A stretch of 64,000 nucleotides of DNA from Somniosus microcephalus (Eukaryota): contig JBMRGM010000035.1 in the NCBI GenBank assembly GCA_052327205.1, forward strand, positions 96,534,001-96,598,000, read 5' to 3'. Shown here in pieces: positions 26,863-40,480 of the stretch (position 1 is the first letter of the stretch; each line of letters begins with the position of its first letter). The notes beneath the pieces are model-generated. The model was given only the letters and a program-made list of their open reading frames with translations. It ran no database searches and was not told the DNA's origin. The position numbers and the translations under genes are program-made.

Positions 26863-27769
26863 TGATATTAATTTCAGAGGCTATTAGTATAATACCTTGA
26901 CTAATGTCACCGGCTTCCTCACACTTTTATCTACATTTTCCAAACTTACTCCAGTCATGCCCCCACTTTCCAGACCTTCCTTTGTCAATAGGGTTGCAAC
27001 CTTCAGCTGATCTCTCATTGTTCAGAGCTGCCATGAGGGAAAGGCCATTTCAGTTCCAGGGGGCTCCTGCTGCAAGTCATCAGCCATTGCCCACTGAACA
27101 TACTGCCACTGAAGGAACTGCACAGACAAGCACAATCATGGACATAAAATAATGAAAAGTGCAGTCTCCAAATCTGGGCATGGTGGAAGTAAAAAACATT
27201 ATTTGTTTTACAAAATTTTTATGAATTTTTCAACCTGGAGAGATGCATCTCGGGCATATTGGGGAGTTAATGGTTAAAGTTAAAGTTCTATGTATCTTGG
27301 AGTAACAGTTCTTTCAAGTTAAATGGATGGCTTTGAAGTATCGTGAGAGGAATGCTGGGTTTGTATACTGATAAGAAAAGCGCTTGTCGAAATAAATAAG
27401 TGACAGTAATGACGTCAGCCATGAGTAATTAAAGTATAAATTTAGGGGCTGCGTTACTAAACATAGTCAGAAATATCCATTAGCTTTAGTATTTTAAGAT
27501 AACAGTTAACAAAGCCTGATCTTAAGCAAGATTAAGAACAGTGAGGTCAGGAAGTTTTGTTTGAGGAAAGTCGTTTTGGAGTAAACAACCAGAAATATTT
27601 ACATGAATAGACTGTCTTCAAAAGACTTGGCAAAATATAAGTGATGATGTCTTATCTATGACGTGCACATTTGAGGCCAGCAGAAAATGATTTATAAAGG
27701 AACATGTTCTTCAGTAGTTCTTCGCATCGCTCAAAAGATACAGAAACATAAAAGAGGCTCTCTCTGTAT

Positions 27770-30551
27770 ACAGTTAGGCTGATCACCGTGCTGTATATCA
27801 ATAAAGTATTTTCCATATAATTTACCATCAAGTGTCTCGTACTTAGGCAAAACGGGTTGGTTTGAACCATAGAAGGAAGGAAGTTGAATTATAACATTTG
27901 GGGCCGGGAACTTGGCCGAGAAATACACAGATGGTGAATGTGATATAATATCGATAGTGGACATAACCAATTCCTGGGACTCGCGATCTAGTGAGTAGGA
28001 TGGAATCAGACAAAATAGTCGGTTTCTTGACAAAGTTGGTCCCTTTCAAAATTTATGATTGGTTTTAAATTAAGGTGGACCTTAAAATGTGCAGAATAAA
28101 TTTTAAACGGGAGCTGGGTGGAGATTGAACAGGCACCATGTGTTTCTATCGCAACAAAAAATGTAGACAGAAAATGATCGTTTTTCAGTATAAACGACAT
28201 GATCGGAGACAGAGAAAATAGCAAGGGCTTTGTCTCGGAAAAGGCGCCATTTGCAGGAAGCATGATCAGATGCAGTCTTAAAAGAGGGTCTTGAAGGCAG
28301 AAATTGAGACATTTAATGAGGAGTGTGCTGCAGTCAGGGTTCACATTGTACAAGCTTCTAATCACTACCTGGCGAGTCACGATGCTATGGAGCAAATGTG
28401 TGACGAGAGAGAGGTTTTGAAAGATAAAGCACGCAGCTGAGAAGGTGAGATGGACAGACTAAAGATAGAAAATGCGCTGGAAGCAGAGTGCCTACAGAAA
28501 CAGAAACAAAAATAGAAACCATTATAGAAAGAGAAACAGTAACAAAAAGAAAGTGGCGTTCGGCAACTGAAAGTGGAAAAACAGTCTGAGTTGTCGCTCA
28601 TTATTTCGGTGAAGGAAGCCGTGGATGAGAAACCGATGTAGAAACAGTAGGAGATTAAATTAATGGAGGAAGCTTGTTGAGCAGCACTGAATGTTTCTGT
28701 TGCAATCGGCTTCCTCAGAAATAATAAGATGTTCAGTGGAAAGCTGAAATATGGAATCGTAAGCATGGTCTAAAGGGAATGTTGATAATTGTTGAGGGAG
28801 GCAGATATAGTTGTTCCAGGATTTGGACTAAAAGAGGACTGGGTCTTTCCACTGGATCTTCAGCGTTACATTCATCATTTACTCTATGTAGTTACACCCC
28901 CAGCTCAGATCAGAGAAAAGTGTTAAGAATTGTGCAGGAGGTAACCGCTTGGGTGAAGGCACGGACTGCGAGTGTAAGATGTTGTATCAGGACAGAATGG
29001 GATTAAGTAGAAAACATCAGAAATTGAATTTTTTTGTTGAAGTGAAAAACGATGAATTAGTCTATGATGGAATAAAGGGATACAATGAAGAACATATCTC
29101 TTTTCTGCGGTTTTGCAAAAGTTTTTCGTGTTCAGTTTAAATGTTATGTATCTTTACAAAACAGTTAGGCTGATCACTGTGCTGTACATCAATAAAGTAT
29201 TTTCTGTATAATCTACCATCAAGTGTCTCGTGCTTAGGCAAAACGGGTTGTTGTGAACCATAGATGGAAGGAAGTTGCATTCTAACATTTGGGGCCGTGA
29301 ACTTGTCCGACAAATACACAGATGCTGAATATGATATAATATCGATAGTGGATATAACTAATTCCTGGGAATCGCGATCTAGTGGGTAGGATGGAATTAG
29401 ACAGAATAGCCGATTTCTTGACAAGTTTGGTCCCTTTCAAAATTTATGATTGGTTTTAAATTAAGAGGGACCTTAAAATTTGCCGAATAAATTTTAAATG
29501 GGAGCTGGGCGGAGATTGAACCGGCACAATGTGTTTCTATAGCAACAAGAAAAAGTACACAGAGACATTTCCTTTTTCAGCATAAACGAAATCATCGGAG
29601 ACAGAGAACATACCAAGGGCTTTGTCTGGGAAAAAGCTCCATTTGGAGGAAGCAAGATTAGACGCAGGCTGGAAATAGGGTCGTGAAGGCAGAAATTGAG
29701 ACATTTAATGAGGAGTGTGCTGCAGTCAGGGTCGACACTGTACAAGCTTCTAATCCCTTCCTGCCGAGACACGATGCTATGGAGCAAATGTGTGATGAGA
29801 GAGAGTTGTTGGAAGATAATGTACGCAGCTGAGAAGGTGAGATGGACAGACTACGGATAGAAAAAGTGCTGCAAGAAGGGTGCCTACAGAAACAGAAACA
29901 AAAACAGAAAGAATATAGAAAGAGAAACATAAACAAAAAGAAAGTGGCGTTTGGCAACTGAAAGTCGAAAAACAGTCTGAGTTGTTGCTCATTATTTCGG
30001 TGAAGGGAGCCATGGATGAGAAACCGATGCAGAAACAGTTGGAGATTAAATTAATGGAGGGAGCTTGCTGAGCAGCACTGAACATTTCTGTAGCAAAGAA
30101 CTTCCTCAGAAATGATAAGAATTTCAGTGGAAAGCTGAAATATGGAATCGTAAGCATGGTCTAAATGGAATGTTGATAATTGTTGAGGGAGGCAGATATA
30201 GCTGTTCCAGAAGTTGGACTAAAAAAGGACTGGTTCTCTCCACTGGATCTTCAGCGTTACCATCATCATTTACTCTATGTAGTTACACCCCTAGTTCAGA
30301 TTAGAGAAAAGTGTTAAGAATTGTGCAGGAGATAACCGCTTGGGTGAAGACACGGACTGTTAGTTTAAGATGATGTATCAAGGCAGCATGGGTTTAAGTA
30401 GAAAACATCAGAAATGGAATGTTTTTGTTGAAGTGAAAAAGGATGAATTAGTCTATGATGCAATAAAGGGATACAATGAAGAACATATCTCTTTGCTGCT
30501 GTTTTGCAACAGTTTTTCGTGTTCAGTTTAAATGTAATGTCTCTTTACAAA
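27770..30551 (+). repeat. 1.39-kb tandem duplication (27770-29160 and 29161-30551)
   Basis: Both copies start ACAGTTAGGCTGATCAC and end TCTTTACAAA; paired antisense ORFs in the track (MSRNRLFCLIPSY, MLHSIV, MLTIPYFSFPL). Confidence 0.92.
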
Positions 30552-31181
30552 ACATGTTTGAATGTTAGTGTGTCACTGGCTGTGGCTCTGCCCTCTTCTT
30601 CAAACTGTGTTGTGTTTAGTTTTCGGTATTGGTCTGAATTAAATTGGAGCTATTGGTGTTAATTAACCAAGTAAATTATGAAAAACAGATTTTGTTAATG
30701 GCCGTGGTGAAATTCAGCTTGTTGTAAATTGTGTGAAAGTCTATGGTTCCTGACATGAGATTATCATATATGAAATGTGTATTTTTGATGTTCTGGCTAA
30801 TGTCAAGAACTCAATGATTTGAAGTGATTCTGATTGTTTAATTATCTTGGTGGTACCGAAATGTGTGACTAGGGAAAAGAAGGAGAAAGCTACTGCTTTC
30901 TGTATGATAACGATCTGAAGACATCTGGTAGCTGGATTGTACTACAGAATTGTTCCACAGAGTCTTTAAAGTGTTAAACTGATGTTCACACTGATTTCTG
31001 CTCCTTTAAAATGATTTTAATTCTGAGGGATGGATAAAAAGAGTTTGTAATACTTTTATTTCATTGTGGCTCATATTTTGAACCTAGGAAGCAATAGAGA
31101 AGCTGAAATTTATTGCTGAATTTAAATGTATCCAGAGATTAGTACAAGTTTTAATGGCAGTACGACCTTAAATAATTAACA

Positions 31182-31990
31182 GAGGGTCGTAATTTGCTGC
31201 CCCGAAGGGTGCGTAACACATCCATAAGTGCCACGCAAGTTCTGGGTTTTTGCACGTGGAAAAAGTCCAAAGATGTGCGGGTTAGGTTGATTGGCTATGA
31301 TAAATTGACCCTTAGTGTTAGGGGGATTAAATATACGTGGGGTTACGGGGATAGGGTGGGATATGTGTTGGTGCAGGGGTTACGGGGATCGGGTGGGATA
31401 TGTGTCGGTGCAGGCTCGATGGGCCGAAATGGCCTCTATCTGCATTGTGGGGTTTCTGTGTTTCTGTGTGTTTCTGTGTTTCTGTGTTTCTGTGAATGCG
31501 TGCACGAACACCTGGAACTTCTTAGCACATCCAACGCAACCCCAGGAAAAGGGCTTTTCTGGGTGGAGAGCTGGGCTATTTGCCCAGCTTCTGCCCATTG
31601 AAATACTTGTGCATAAGTGTCTAAAAAAATTAAAATATTTATCAATCATTAATACATTAAAAAACCAATAAGGTAATGTTATTTTCAGACCGTTTAAAAC
31701 ATTTAATTTTTTTTTAAAGAATTATATTTTTGTTTTACATGTTTAATTAAATGGCAATTTAATTAATTTTAATTTTGTAATTTTATTTATTTGTATGTAT
31801 TTTTGAGGGTATCCCCATTCATGCTTATGGGGTTTCTGTACATATGGAGTCCCCATAAGCATGAATGGGGCTCCCCTTCTTACATTTGTTGGGCTGGCCC
31901 ACGTGATCACAGGGGCACTTGCGGAACACCTGCTCCCAGGACTTCAAGTCTCCATATATCCTGGACCAGTAGTTATGCGGTCATTTCATT
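31182..31990. mobile_element. Harbinger-related MITE interrupted by a SINE
   Basis: AT-rich core (TAAGGTAA..TTATTTT..CCGTTTAAAACATT) and GGCCCACGTGATC motif shared with the other MITEs; ends poorly defined. Confidence 0.45.
31263..31493 (+). mobile_element. HE1/V-SINE-like SINE, 5'-truncated, with CR1-derived tail
   Basis: V-SINE-like core TCCAAAGATGTGCGGGTTAGGTTGATTGGC; CR1 3' motif TCGATGGGCCGAAATGGCCT; (TTTCTGTG)n tail; internal 38-bp duplication. Confidence 0.75.
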
Positions 31991-32190
31991 TGTGGATTGG
32001 AGACATTTACCCACTGTTTCTTTTTCGTATAAGCAGAGGGCCATTTGTGTTTTGATGATGAAGGATTAGTATGAGATGTTCTTTGCCAGAAAATGACATC
32101 AGGGAATTACAGAGCAAAATTTGCTGGAAAAGTGTTGTTGCCATATCATCTCCTTGGTGTTCAGGATGTAAGTTCTTATCTGGAGACATT

Positions 32191-32901
32191 GGGCCAGAAA
32201 TTCGGGTCCACACGGATGAGTAAGCGCTCTGTACTCACCCGTAAGGCCAACGGAAGTGCCGCTTTCGCTCGTGCACTGCGCATGCGCTGGAAACCGGAAC
32301 TTCTGTTCCCTTGAAGGAAGGGGTTCAGAGGTTAAACGCGTGCACCGAAGAGGCAGCATGTAAACCTGGAACTTCCGATTTTTTTACAGGTTTCTCCATG
32401 CAGGTAAGTCCCTTTCAGCTGCGCGTGATAAAAACTAAGTAAAATAAAAACAATTTGTCTACAGGTTTATCATTTAAAAATACTTTAAAGAAAGAGAAGT
32501 TGATTTTTACCCCCGTTAAAAACATCAATTATTTTTTCATAAATTTTTTTTTTCTTAAATAATTAATTTATGTAATTTATAGTTATTTTAAAAATGTTAT
32601 TTTTAATAAAAAATATTTGAAGATTTACTTAGGATTTGGGGCTGATCTCTTTCATAGATTTGCCAGGTCTTCCGGTCAAATCTATGAATGGAGATTCCCT
32701 GCTCCAATTGGCTCCACGTGATCCCAGGCAACGATGCGAAACAACTTTGCTGCTAGGATACGCGAGCACAGCACACTGGCAGCTGGAGGAGGCCCAGGAT
32801 TGGAATCCCACGCGGGCCCAGAGCACAATGTCAGGCGCGCTATGTAAGTACAGGTCGGGGGCTTGCGCATGCGGGAAACCACCGACCCGAATTTCTGGCC
32901 C
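32191..32901. mobile_element. Complete MITE (PIF/Harbinger type), 3-bp TSD ATT
   Basis: Perfect 18-bp TIR GGGCCAGAAATTCGGGTC / GACCCGAATTTCTGGCCC; ATT at 32188-32190 and 32902-32904. Confidence 0.9.
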
Positions 32902-34127
32902 ATTATGAGAAATAATAAGTGGTGGATATGTTGGAGAACCTGGAGAGCCGGTCGATATCTTGGGGCGGGGGGTGGGGGGGAGGTTAAGGGTTTATAGTTG
33001 AGCTTCTTTGTATCTTGGAGCAGCTGCTCTTCCAAGATAAATAGGATGGCTTTGTATTATCGTGTGAGGAATGCAATTTTTCTGCCAATATGTAAAGTGC
33101 TTGTTTAAGGAAATAAGTGACGGTAATGACGTCAGCCATGAGTGAATAAAGCTAACTTTAGGGGTTAGGGTAATAAACATAGGTAGAGGTATCCATTAGC
33201 TCTAGTATACAAAGATAAGAGTTATTAAAGCCCGTTCTTCAGCCAGATTAAGATAGTTACATCAGGAAGTCTTGTTTGAGGGAATTAGCTTTGGAGTATA
33301 CAACTACAATTATTTAAATGGACTGTCTTTAAAGTATTTGGGAAAAGATATATCATGAGGTCTTATCTATGACATGCACATTTGATGTGCGCAAAATGTG
33401 ATGTATAAAGGAACACGGGTTCCAATAGTTCTTCAGAGAGGTCGAAAGTTACAGATACCGAAAGCTGCGCTCTCCGTATACAGTAAGGCACTGTGTGGTA
33501 TCTCAATAAAGTCTGTTCCATATAACTACCATCAACTGTATCGTGGCAACTCGAAACGTGTTGTTGTGAACCATAGAACGACGGAAGTTGAATGCTAACA
33601 TTTACCACTGGAATGATTGGTTGTGACTGATTACAAGATTGCTCCAATATCAGGGAGACATAACATGGACAGGCTTGCGAAATGGTGCTGTTACTAAAGT
33701 GACACCAGTGAGAATATGATTTTTATCAAACTGTTGGCATTAGTGCCATTATAATGTTAGGACTGTTAATGCTTAGGGTTTGGACCTTATTCAGATGAAG
33801 TTGTTCCTAATCAGCTGTTGTAATCGCTGCACATGACCAGGTTCCCAGGCTTGTCCCTCAAGCTCAGACTTTTTCTTTGGCTCTGGGACATCAATCTGCT
33901 GACCCTGATTTTTTGGGGCAGAATATCCAGGCACCTGAATATTGATCTTACCTGTGGATCAGTAGGTGCATGAATCCTCATCTGAGTCGCACAAGGAAGG
34001 CTTGAACTTCCACTATCCTGGTTTTTCCTTCCCTGATCACGCTTCCGTCTATCCACTTACCTCGTATTAAGAAGTGGTTCCTTCAAGGTCCCAGGTTGCA
34101 CCATGCTGCCTTTCAGTTTTAATATAA

Positions 34128-35118
34128 TTGCAAAATACTGCGATGCTGGAATCTAAAATAAAAACACAAAATGCTGGAAATATTTAGCAGGTCAGTCAGC
34201 ATCTGCGGAAAGAGCAACAGTGTAAACGTTTTAGGACTGTGGCCCTTCTTCAGAACTGGAAAAGTTAGAGATGTAACAGATTTTAACCAGGTGCAGACAC
34301 ATGGAAAGGGATGAGGGAGGAAGGAACAAAAGGGAAGGCCTGTGATACGGTGAAATGTAGAAGTGATGAAATGAGGCAAATGGGAATGGCAGAATCATCA
34401 ACAGCTGCCATCTAGAGGCAGAGGTTATGGTTTGAAATTGTTGAACGCATTGTTGATTGCAGAAGGCTGTACAGTGCCTCATTGGAAGAGGAGCTGCTCT
34501 TCCTAGAGATTACGTTGAGCTTCCTTGGAACAGTGTAAGAGGCCGAGGGCAGAGTGGTCAGACTGGGAGTGGGGCTGGGAATTAAAATGACAGCCGACTG
34601 GAAGCGCTCACCCAATCTAATTTGCGGATCACCTCTGTTCGCTCCATAAGGGTGACCCCGAGCTTCTTGTTACCAGTCACTTTTCGTACCAGCTCCACTC
34701 CGACTCTGACCTCTCTGTTTTCGGCCTCTTACATTGTTCCAACGAAGTTCAATGTAAGCTCGAGGAACAGCACCTCGTCATTCGATTATGCACTTCACAG
34801 CCGTCTGGACTCAACATCGAGTTGAAAAATTTCAGACCATTACCTCTGCCCCTATTTTTTCAGACGGCAGCTGTTGATGATTCTGCCATTCCCATTTGCA
34901 GCATTTGGTCACTCTTGCATTCAACCCTATCACAGAACTTCCCTTATGTTTTTTACTTCCCTCACCTCCATTCCCTGCCTCTGTATCTGCTTGAAACCTG
35001 TTACATCTCTAACTTTTTCCAGTTCTGACGAAAGGTCACAGACCTGAAGCATGAACTCTGTTCCTCTCTCCACAGATGCTGCCTGACCTGCTGAGTAATT
35101 CCAGCATTTTCTATTTTA
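34128..35118. mobile_element. Two Penelope-like 3' fragments in inverted orientation
   Basis: 34128-34610 (minus) and 34620-35118 (plus) both match the 12000-12280 Penelope segment (KLEEQHL..RL region) and are reverse-complementary to each other. Confidence 0.75.
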
Positions 35119-35916
35119 GCCTGGATTTACCGGCCTGGCAGCAGCTTGTCACCGGCACCAGGCCAATTTTTGGGAGGGATATTACCAGGCGGAATGTTAA
35201 TTATTCCAAGCTGTTACATTCAGTGGAGTCTACTTAATGCCGCTCCCAGACAAGCATGCCACTCAGATTGCTGGCATCGAATTAAAATAAAGCCAACAGG
35301 AGATGTAATTTGCGCATCTGCTCAAACGCATTCGTTACTCACTCTGTTGTTTATTTCCAGCATTTCAGATCCAGAACGAAAGACATGGAAACCTGAGACG
35401 TGATGTGTGTAGCAGAATATCTTCAAGGAACTGTTAGTCCCCTAGATTGAACAAAGTAGGGAGTCACAGACTTCAGAGAATATGATGCATTGTTTTAATG
35501 CCTTATATTCTTGCCCCTTCCAATAAAAATGCTTTAATTGTTCTCCACTCAGGCAGATTAAAAGCCGTCGATTGTTAATCCATGCGATTTAACATGCTAA
35601 ATAGACAATCCTCTTCAACACACAACTAGCTACGTTCCTGCTTCATGAAGTTCCAAACAAATGCATGGACAATGACCAATAAAACCCCATAAAAATTTAT
35701 AATTTTTATTTTTACACATATTAACAGGTCTGCACAGTTAACGTCATCACTGTCATGAGAACAGTGGAATTCTCTTATTGCAATTTTACAATCACGTACG
35801 GCTAAGCATTTTAGACGGTTTACTCAAATGACATTGGAATGATCAAACTGCCCAGCTAACTGTTAATCCCTCTTTTACCTCGATGCAAGCTCTGTTAATA
35901 CTTCCAGAAATCTAAC

Positions 35917-37403
35917 GGCCCAGAAATCCTGGTCCAACGCCTGTGTATGCATGGGGTACTCACGCGTAGGACTAACAAAAGTGCCGGTATTGTGCATGCA
36001 TTTCCGTTCCCCTGAAAGAAGGGGTTCAGAGGTGGAATGCGTGCGCGGGAGAGACAACGCGTGCTCATTGAACTAACGTTTTTGTTTCCAGGTTTCTCCA
36101 GGAAGGTAAGTCTCCAGAAGTTAGACATGTAAAACGCAGCCGCAAGGTCTGCTTTTAGCAAGGTAAATGGTGAATTAATTAAAATTGAAACATTTTTTAG
36201 AGTCATAGAGTCATAGAGTTATACAGCACGGATAGAGGCCCTTCGGCCCATCGTGTCCGCGCCGGCCATCACGCCCTGTCTAATCTAATCCCATATTCCA
36301 GCATTTGGTCCGTAGCCTTGTATGCTATGGCATTTCAAGTGCTCATCCAAATGCTTCTTGAATGTTGTGAGGGTTCCAGCCTCCACAACCCTTTCAGGCA
36401 GTGAGTCCCAGACTCCAACCACCCTCTGGGTGAAAAAGTTCTTTCTCAAATTCCCTCTCAACCTCCCGCCCTTTACATTGAATCTATGCCCCCTAGTTAT
36501 TGACCCTTCTACTAAGGGAAAAAGCTCCTTAGTATCCATCCTATCTATGCCCCTCATAATTTTGTACACCTCAATCATGTCCCCCCTCAGCCTCCTCTGC
36601 TCCAAGGAAAACAAACCCAATCTGCCCAGTCTCTCTTCCTGGCTGAAGCGCTCCAGCCCTGGTAGCATCCTGGTGAATCTCCTCTGCACCCTCTCCAAAG
36701 CTATCACATCCTTCCTGTAGTGTGGCGACCAGAACTGCACACAGCATTCCAGCTGTGGCCTAACCAGTGTTTTATACTGTTCCATCATAACCTCCTTGCT
36801 CTTATATTCTATACCTCGGCTAATGAAGGCAAGTATCCCATATGCCTTTTTTACCACCTTATCCACCTGTTCCGCCGCCTTCAGGGATCTGTGTACTTGC
36901 ACACCCAGATCACTCTGACCCTCCGTCTTGCCTAGGGTCTTACCATTCATTGTGTTTATTTCTTTTAAATACTTTAAAGAAAGGTAAGTTTATTTTCTGC
37001 CCCGTTAGAAAATGTAATTACTTTTTTCAAAAATTCAAATTATTGTTTAAAATAGGTATTTCATGTAATTTATAGTTTATTTTAAAAATGTGATTAAAAA
37101 AAATATTATTTGAGGTTTTTGTGATGTTTTGGACCTTATAGAATTTATAGGTTTGACAGATCTTCCTTTCAAACTTGTGAATGAAGCATTCTGTGCTACC
37201 ATTCGCTCTCCATGGCCCACGTGATCCCACGGGACGCTTCGAACTAACTGCGCCCCTGGGATACGCAAGCACTGCGCGCCGGCAGTTGGAGGAGGCTCAG
37301 GAATGCAATTCCACGGGGTCCCACAGCTCAACGCCCGGCACGCAAGGTAAGTGCAGGTCGGGGGCTTGCACCCGCAGGAAGCCTCCTACCCGAATTTCTG
37401 GGT
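35917..37403. mobile_element. MITE of the 32191 family with a CR1 insertion
   Basis: Ends GGCCCAGAAATCC..GAATTTCTGGGTC; colinear with 32191-32901. Confidence 0.8.
36198..36953 (-). mobile_element. Young 5'-truncated CR1 LINE
   Basis: Uninterrupted 221-aa RT C-terminal ORF 36285-36950; (CTCTATGA)n tail. Confidence 0.93.
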
Positions 37404-37799
37404 CAATATGTCTACATAGCCGCGGGGCTGCTCAGTTGTATACAACTGACTATATCACTTTCACTGTGTATCTGATTATTCTTCGATCTGACTTGTAGCT
37501 TTTAACAAATTATATTTGGTATATTAAAGAAGATAGGGAACGCTCTTGATGTAACTAAGATCTATAGAAAGCGAATCCATCAAAATATGCGCTTTTGTTC
37601 CATCAAATGCATTGCAAGAATCTATAAATATATATCCTCAGCTTCGGGAGTCTTTTATCATGACTGCAGTAATGAAGATGTCGAAATAATTTGTTTGGAA
37701 TATATGCTGACAATAATATTATTGAGTCGTTACTCTATCAATGGGAAAAAGCATTGCCAAATATCCCTGATCAGTAGCAGTGAATATGGCTCGCCTTAA

Positions 37800-37885
37800 T
37801 CTGTTTGTTCAAATGACTGTAACTAAAGCCAATCATTATGTAATGCTCATGTGTCATTTGAGATCTCTCTCAGGTATAAATAAGA
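37800..37885 (+). promoter_or_regulatory. Putative core promoter of GPCR unit 2
   Basis: TGTTTGTT at 37802, CCAAT at 37829, TATAAATA at 37875; ATG at 37953. Confidence 0.5.
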
Positions 37886-39346
37886 GCTTATTTTGAAAGC
37901 AGAAGCTCTGTGAGTCCACAAAACTAACTGACGACGTCGCTTCTCTCCGAATATGGGACAGCCGTTGATCATACAGATAGAAAAGTTTTACTATCCTATT
38001 CCTGCAATAGTGATCTTCGTGGTAAGCCACTTATAATCAGCTAATGCTCATCTTTAACAGTGCTTCACTGTGTCACTGTTCCTGCTGTCGGTGTAATGAT
38101 ATTATCTGTTTGTTTTTATGTCTTTGACTTGCAGACACACATTAGTGAAATCAAACAAATAACTCAAATGACTCCAGGTTTCTGTCATATTGTTAAGGTA
38201 ACAGCCTGAGAGGAAGTACAAATTATTCTGAATGTTTAAATTGAACAATTTAGTGTGGATATTTTGGCCTTGCTAGACAGTCTTGTACTTCTGTGGCTGG
38301 AATATGTATTAGTAACGGATCGAGTAGCCAATCTTAAAGGGATTCCCGGAGGCTGCTCAAGAAAAAGCATAGGAAATGTTCTGTTATATATTTGTGAAAC
38401 CAGGATAAACAAAATAGATCCTCCCGTGCCCACAGAAACATGCTGGCGCTATGTTGGCGTATTGTAGCCTCCCTACGATTGAACCACGCCCGTTGACAGA
38501 TCAACATCGGCGTTAACTGATTCCACGCATTTCCAAACCGGGAGCTGCTCCCGGCGCCCTTCTGGCGCCTGCAGCTGGCCAGCAGTATGTAAACAAGGCT
38601 GAAAGCCGAGCCTCAGGCGCTGTAATTGGTCTTCCTCAGCAGCGCGAGCCGGGCTCGGTGCGAATGGGCCGCTCGTTTTACACCCGGTCTGATGTTCATT
38701 TCGGAAAGGAGTATCAGGCGCATTGTAGAGCAGAGTGCCTATTCGCTATGAGCTTATTTCGCGCTACTGGCAAAAAGCAATTTCATCCCTTACATCTGGC
38801 ATTCTTTTCATCCAGAACCCTCTTCTGTGAAACTCAAAATGTTTGGTGTATTTATAACATATCTATAGACCATGGTATACATTTTTGTCTTCAACACCTG
38901 GTTACCTTTTTGGAGTGCAGAGTGGTGCGGAGGAAGTCAATCGAAATGTAATTTGGGTAAAATGGGCGGCCAATTCGCTATGGCCAGTTTTAGACCACTG
39001 TCCAAGACCAATTCCACGTCCATGGCCACTAATTTTCCGAGTTGAGGCGGCATGAATGAGCTTTTATTACTGCTAATGGCCAGGGAAATCCGTGGGCGCA
39101 GTGGCCTCTATGTGTTTGTGCCAGCCAAGGTCAATGACCGGTGCCAACTACTTGTAAAAAGTGCTTATATTGCAGCCTGAAGCGCTTGATCCTGAAAATT
39201 TGCGATATATTATGTTGTTTTAAGATGCAACCAGTTAGTATCCTGAAGCCAGAAAGCAAAATGGGACAAGTGCTACTAAAGCACGCCCAGCTACTACTGC
39301 ACTGTTGTAATTCTATTTCCAACTGGTGATTTCTCCGATAACCATG

Positions 39347-39668
39347 GGATAGAATTTAGACTTTACATCCGGGGTGTCTCATCGCCTGGGAAAATGGAAG
39401 AAATTCGGGCGGGTTCTGTTCACACCTGCGGTCAGAGCTGCCACATTGTCCTTTCTATATACGGGGTAGAACGGCGCAATTGTGTCTGCCTCTCACTCGC
39501 CGTTTGATGTTCATTTCCATTAACTTCAATAGAACTGAATATGAAGCAAGGCATATAACAGGTGGCCCAAGTGCTATCTCGTGTTCAGCGCCACTGCCCA
39601 AAATGAAATTCGTCCCCACAGTGTCGGCCGATATTTAATACGCAGGCGATAAAGTCTACATTCTATCC
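39347..39668. mobile_element. MITE in intron of unit 2
   Basis: TIR GGATAGAATTTAGACTTTA / TAAAGTCTACATTCTATCC (one mismatch). Confidence 0.7.
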
Positions 39669-40349
39669 AAGTTTCCTATGCATGGTGGAAGTACAGTGAC
39701 TCCATAGAATTTCCACTGGTCTTCTCCCAAGATCCCACCACAGCTTCGATAAAATAGCTGTGTAAACCAGGAGAAAGGGTGAAAAGATTTGAATTTAGCA
39801 CAGGAGAGCGACCAATCCCTCCCAAGTAATTGTATTCAATAGTGTTGCTGCAGACACTAAATCCGTCATACAGGGGTCATTTCCACCTTCAACAATGCGA
39901 TGACATTCAAGCGGGTTCTACAATAGGCAGGTCGCCCGTTCTTCACAATATTCTCCATATGGTAGAGGTGACTTTGCTGCTCTTTTGTGTCCCGTTCGAT
40001 AAATGAAGAGATAAATAGTTCAACTCAATAATAGACTTGAATTAATCTGGTGGTAGTGTTTTTAAACATTTATTGTTTATGAAAACTGGAGGAAAGAGTA
40101 ATACCGCGTCACCTATAATGCACAGATGGACGGTCGATAAACTGGGATATGATCATTATATAGGATGTCCGTACAGTCACTGGGGTTTCCAATGCTATGT
40201 TTGTACAAGCTTCAGTGCACAAAGCTTACGTTTCCACTCTTGATAGAGATTTGGATCTGAGACAAGAGCTATTGCTGTTTATATTATTTGGCTCAGGCGG
40301 GATGCTGAATTATCTTTTTATATCGTCAAATGGGGGACAATAATTATTT

Positions 40350-40480
40350 TGACGAAAGGTCACTGACCTGAAACGGTAACTCTGTTTCTCTCTCCACAGA
40401 AGCTTCCTGACCTGCTGTGTACTTCCAGCATTATCTGTTTTTAATTCAGATTTCCGGCATCCACAGTGATTTGCTTTTGA
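40350..40480 (+). mobile_element. Penelope-like terminal fragment
   Basis: TGACGAAAGGTCACTGACCTGAAAC..CTCTCCACAGA matches 35025-35118. Confidence 0.65.

Larger units (their letters stand above)
27233..33600 (+). mobile_element. Old LTR element / ERV remnant without recognisable pol or env
   Basis: Diverged direct repeats ~27233-27896 and 32929-33600 (TG...CA, TATA-like motif and AATAAA); TTTGGGGCCG(T/G)GA right after the 5' LTR resembles the tRNA-His PBS TGGTGCCGTGA; decayed Glu/Lys-rich gag-like reading at ~28260-28780. Confidence 0.7.

Noticed and set aside
27652-30157. Paired hydrophobic minus-strand ORFs as a membrane protein family
   Set aside because: Antisense reading of the purine-rich strand of the duplicated LTR-element interior
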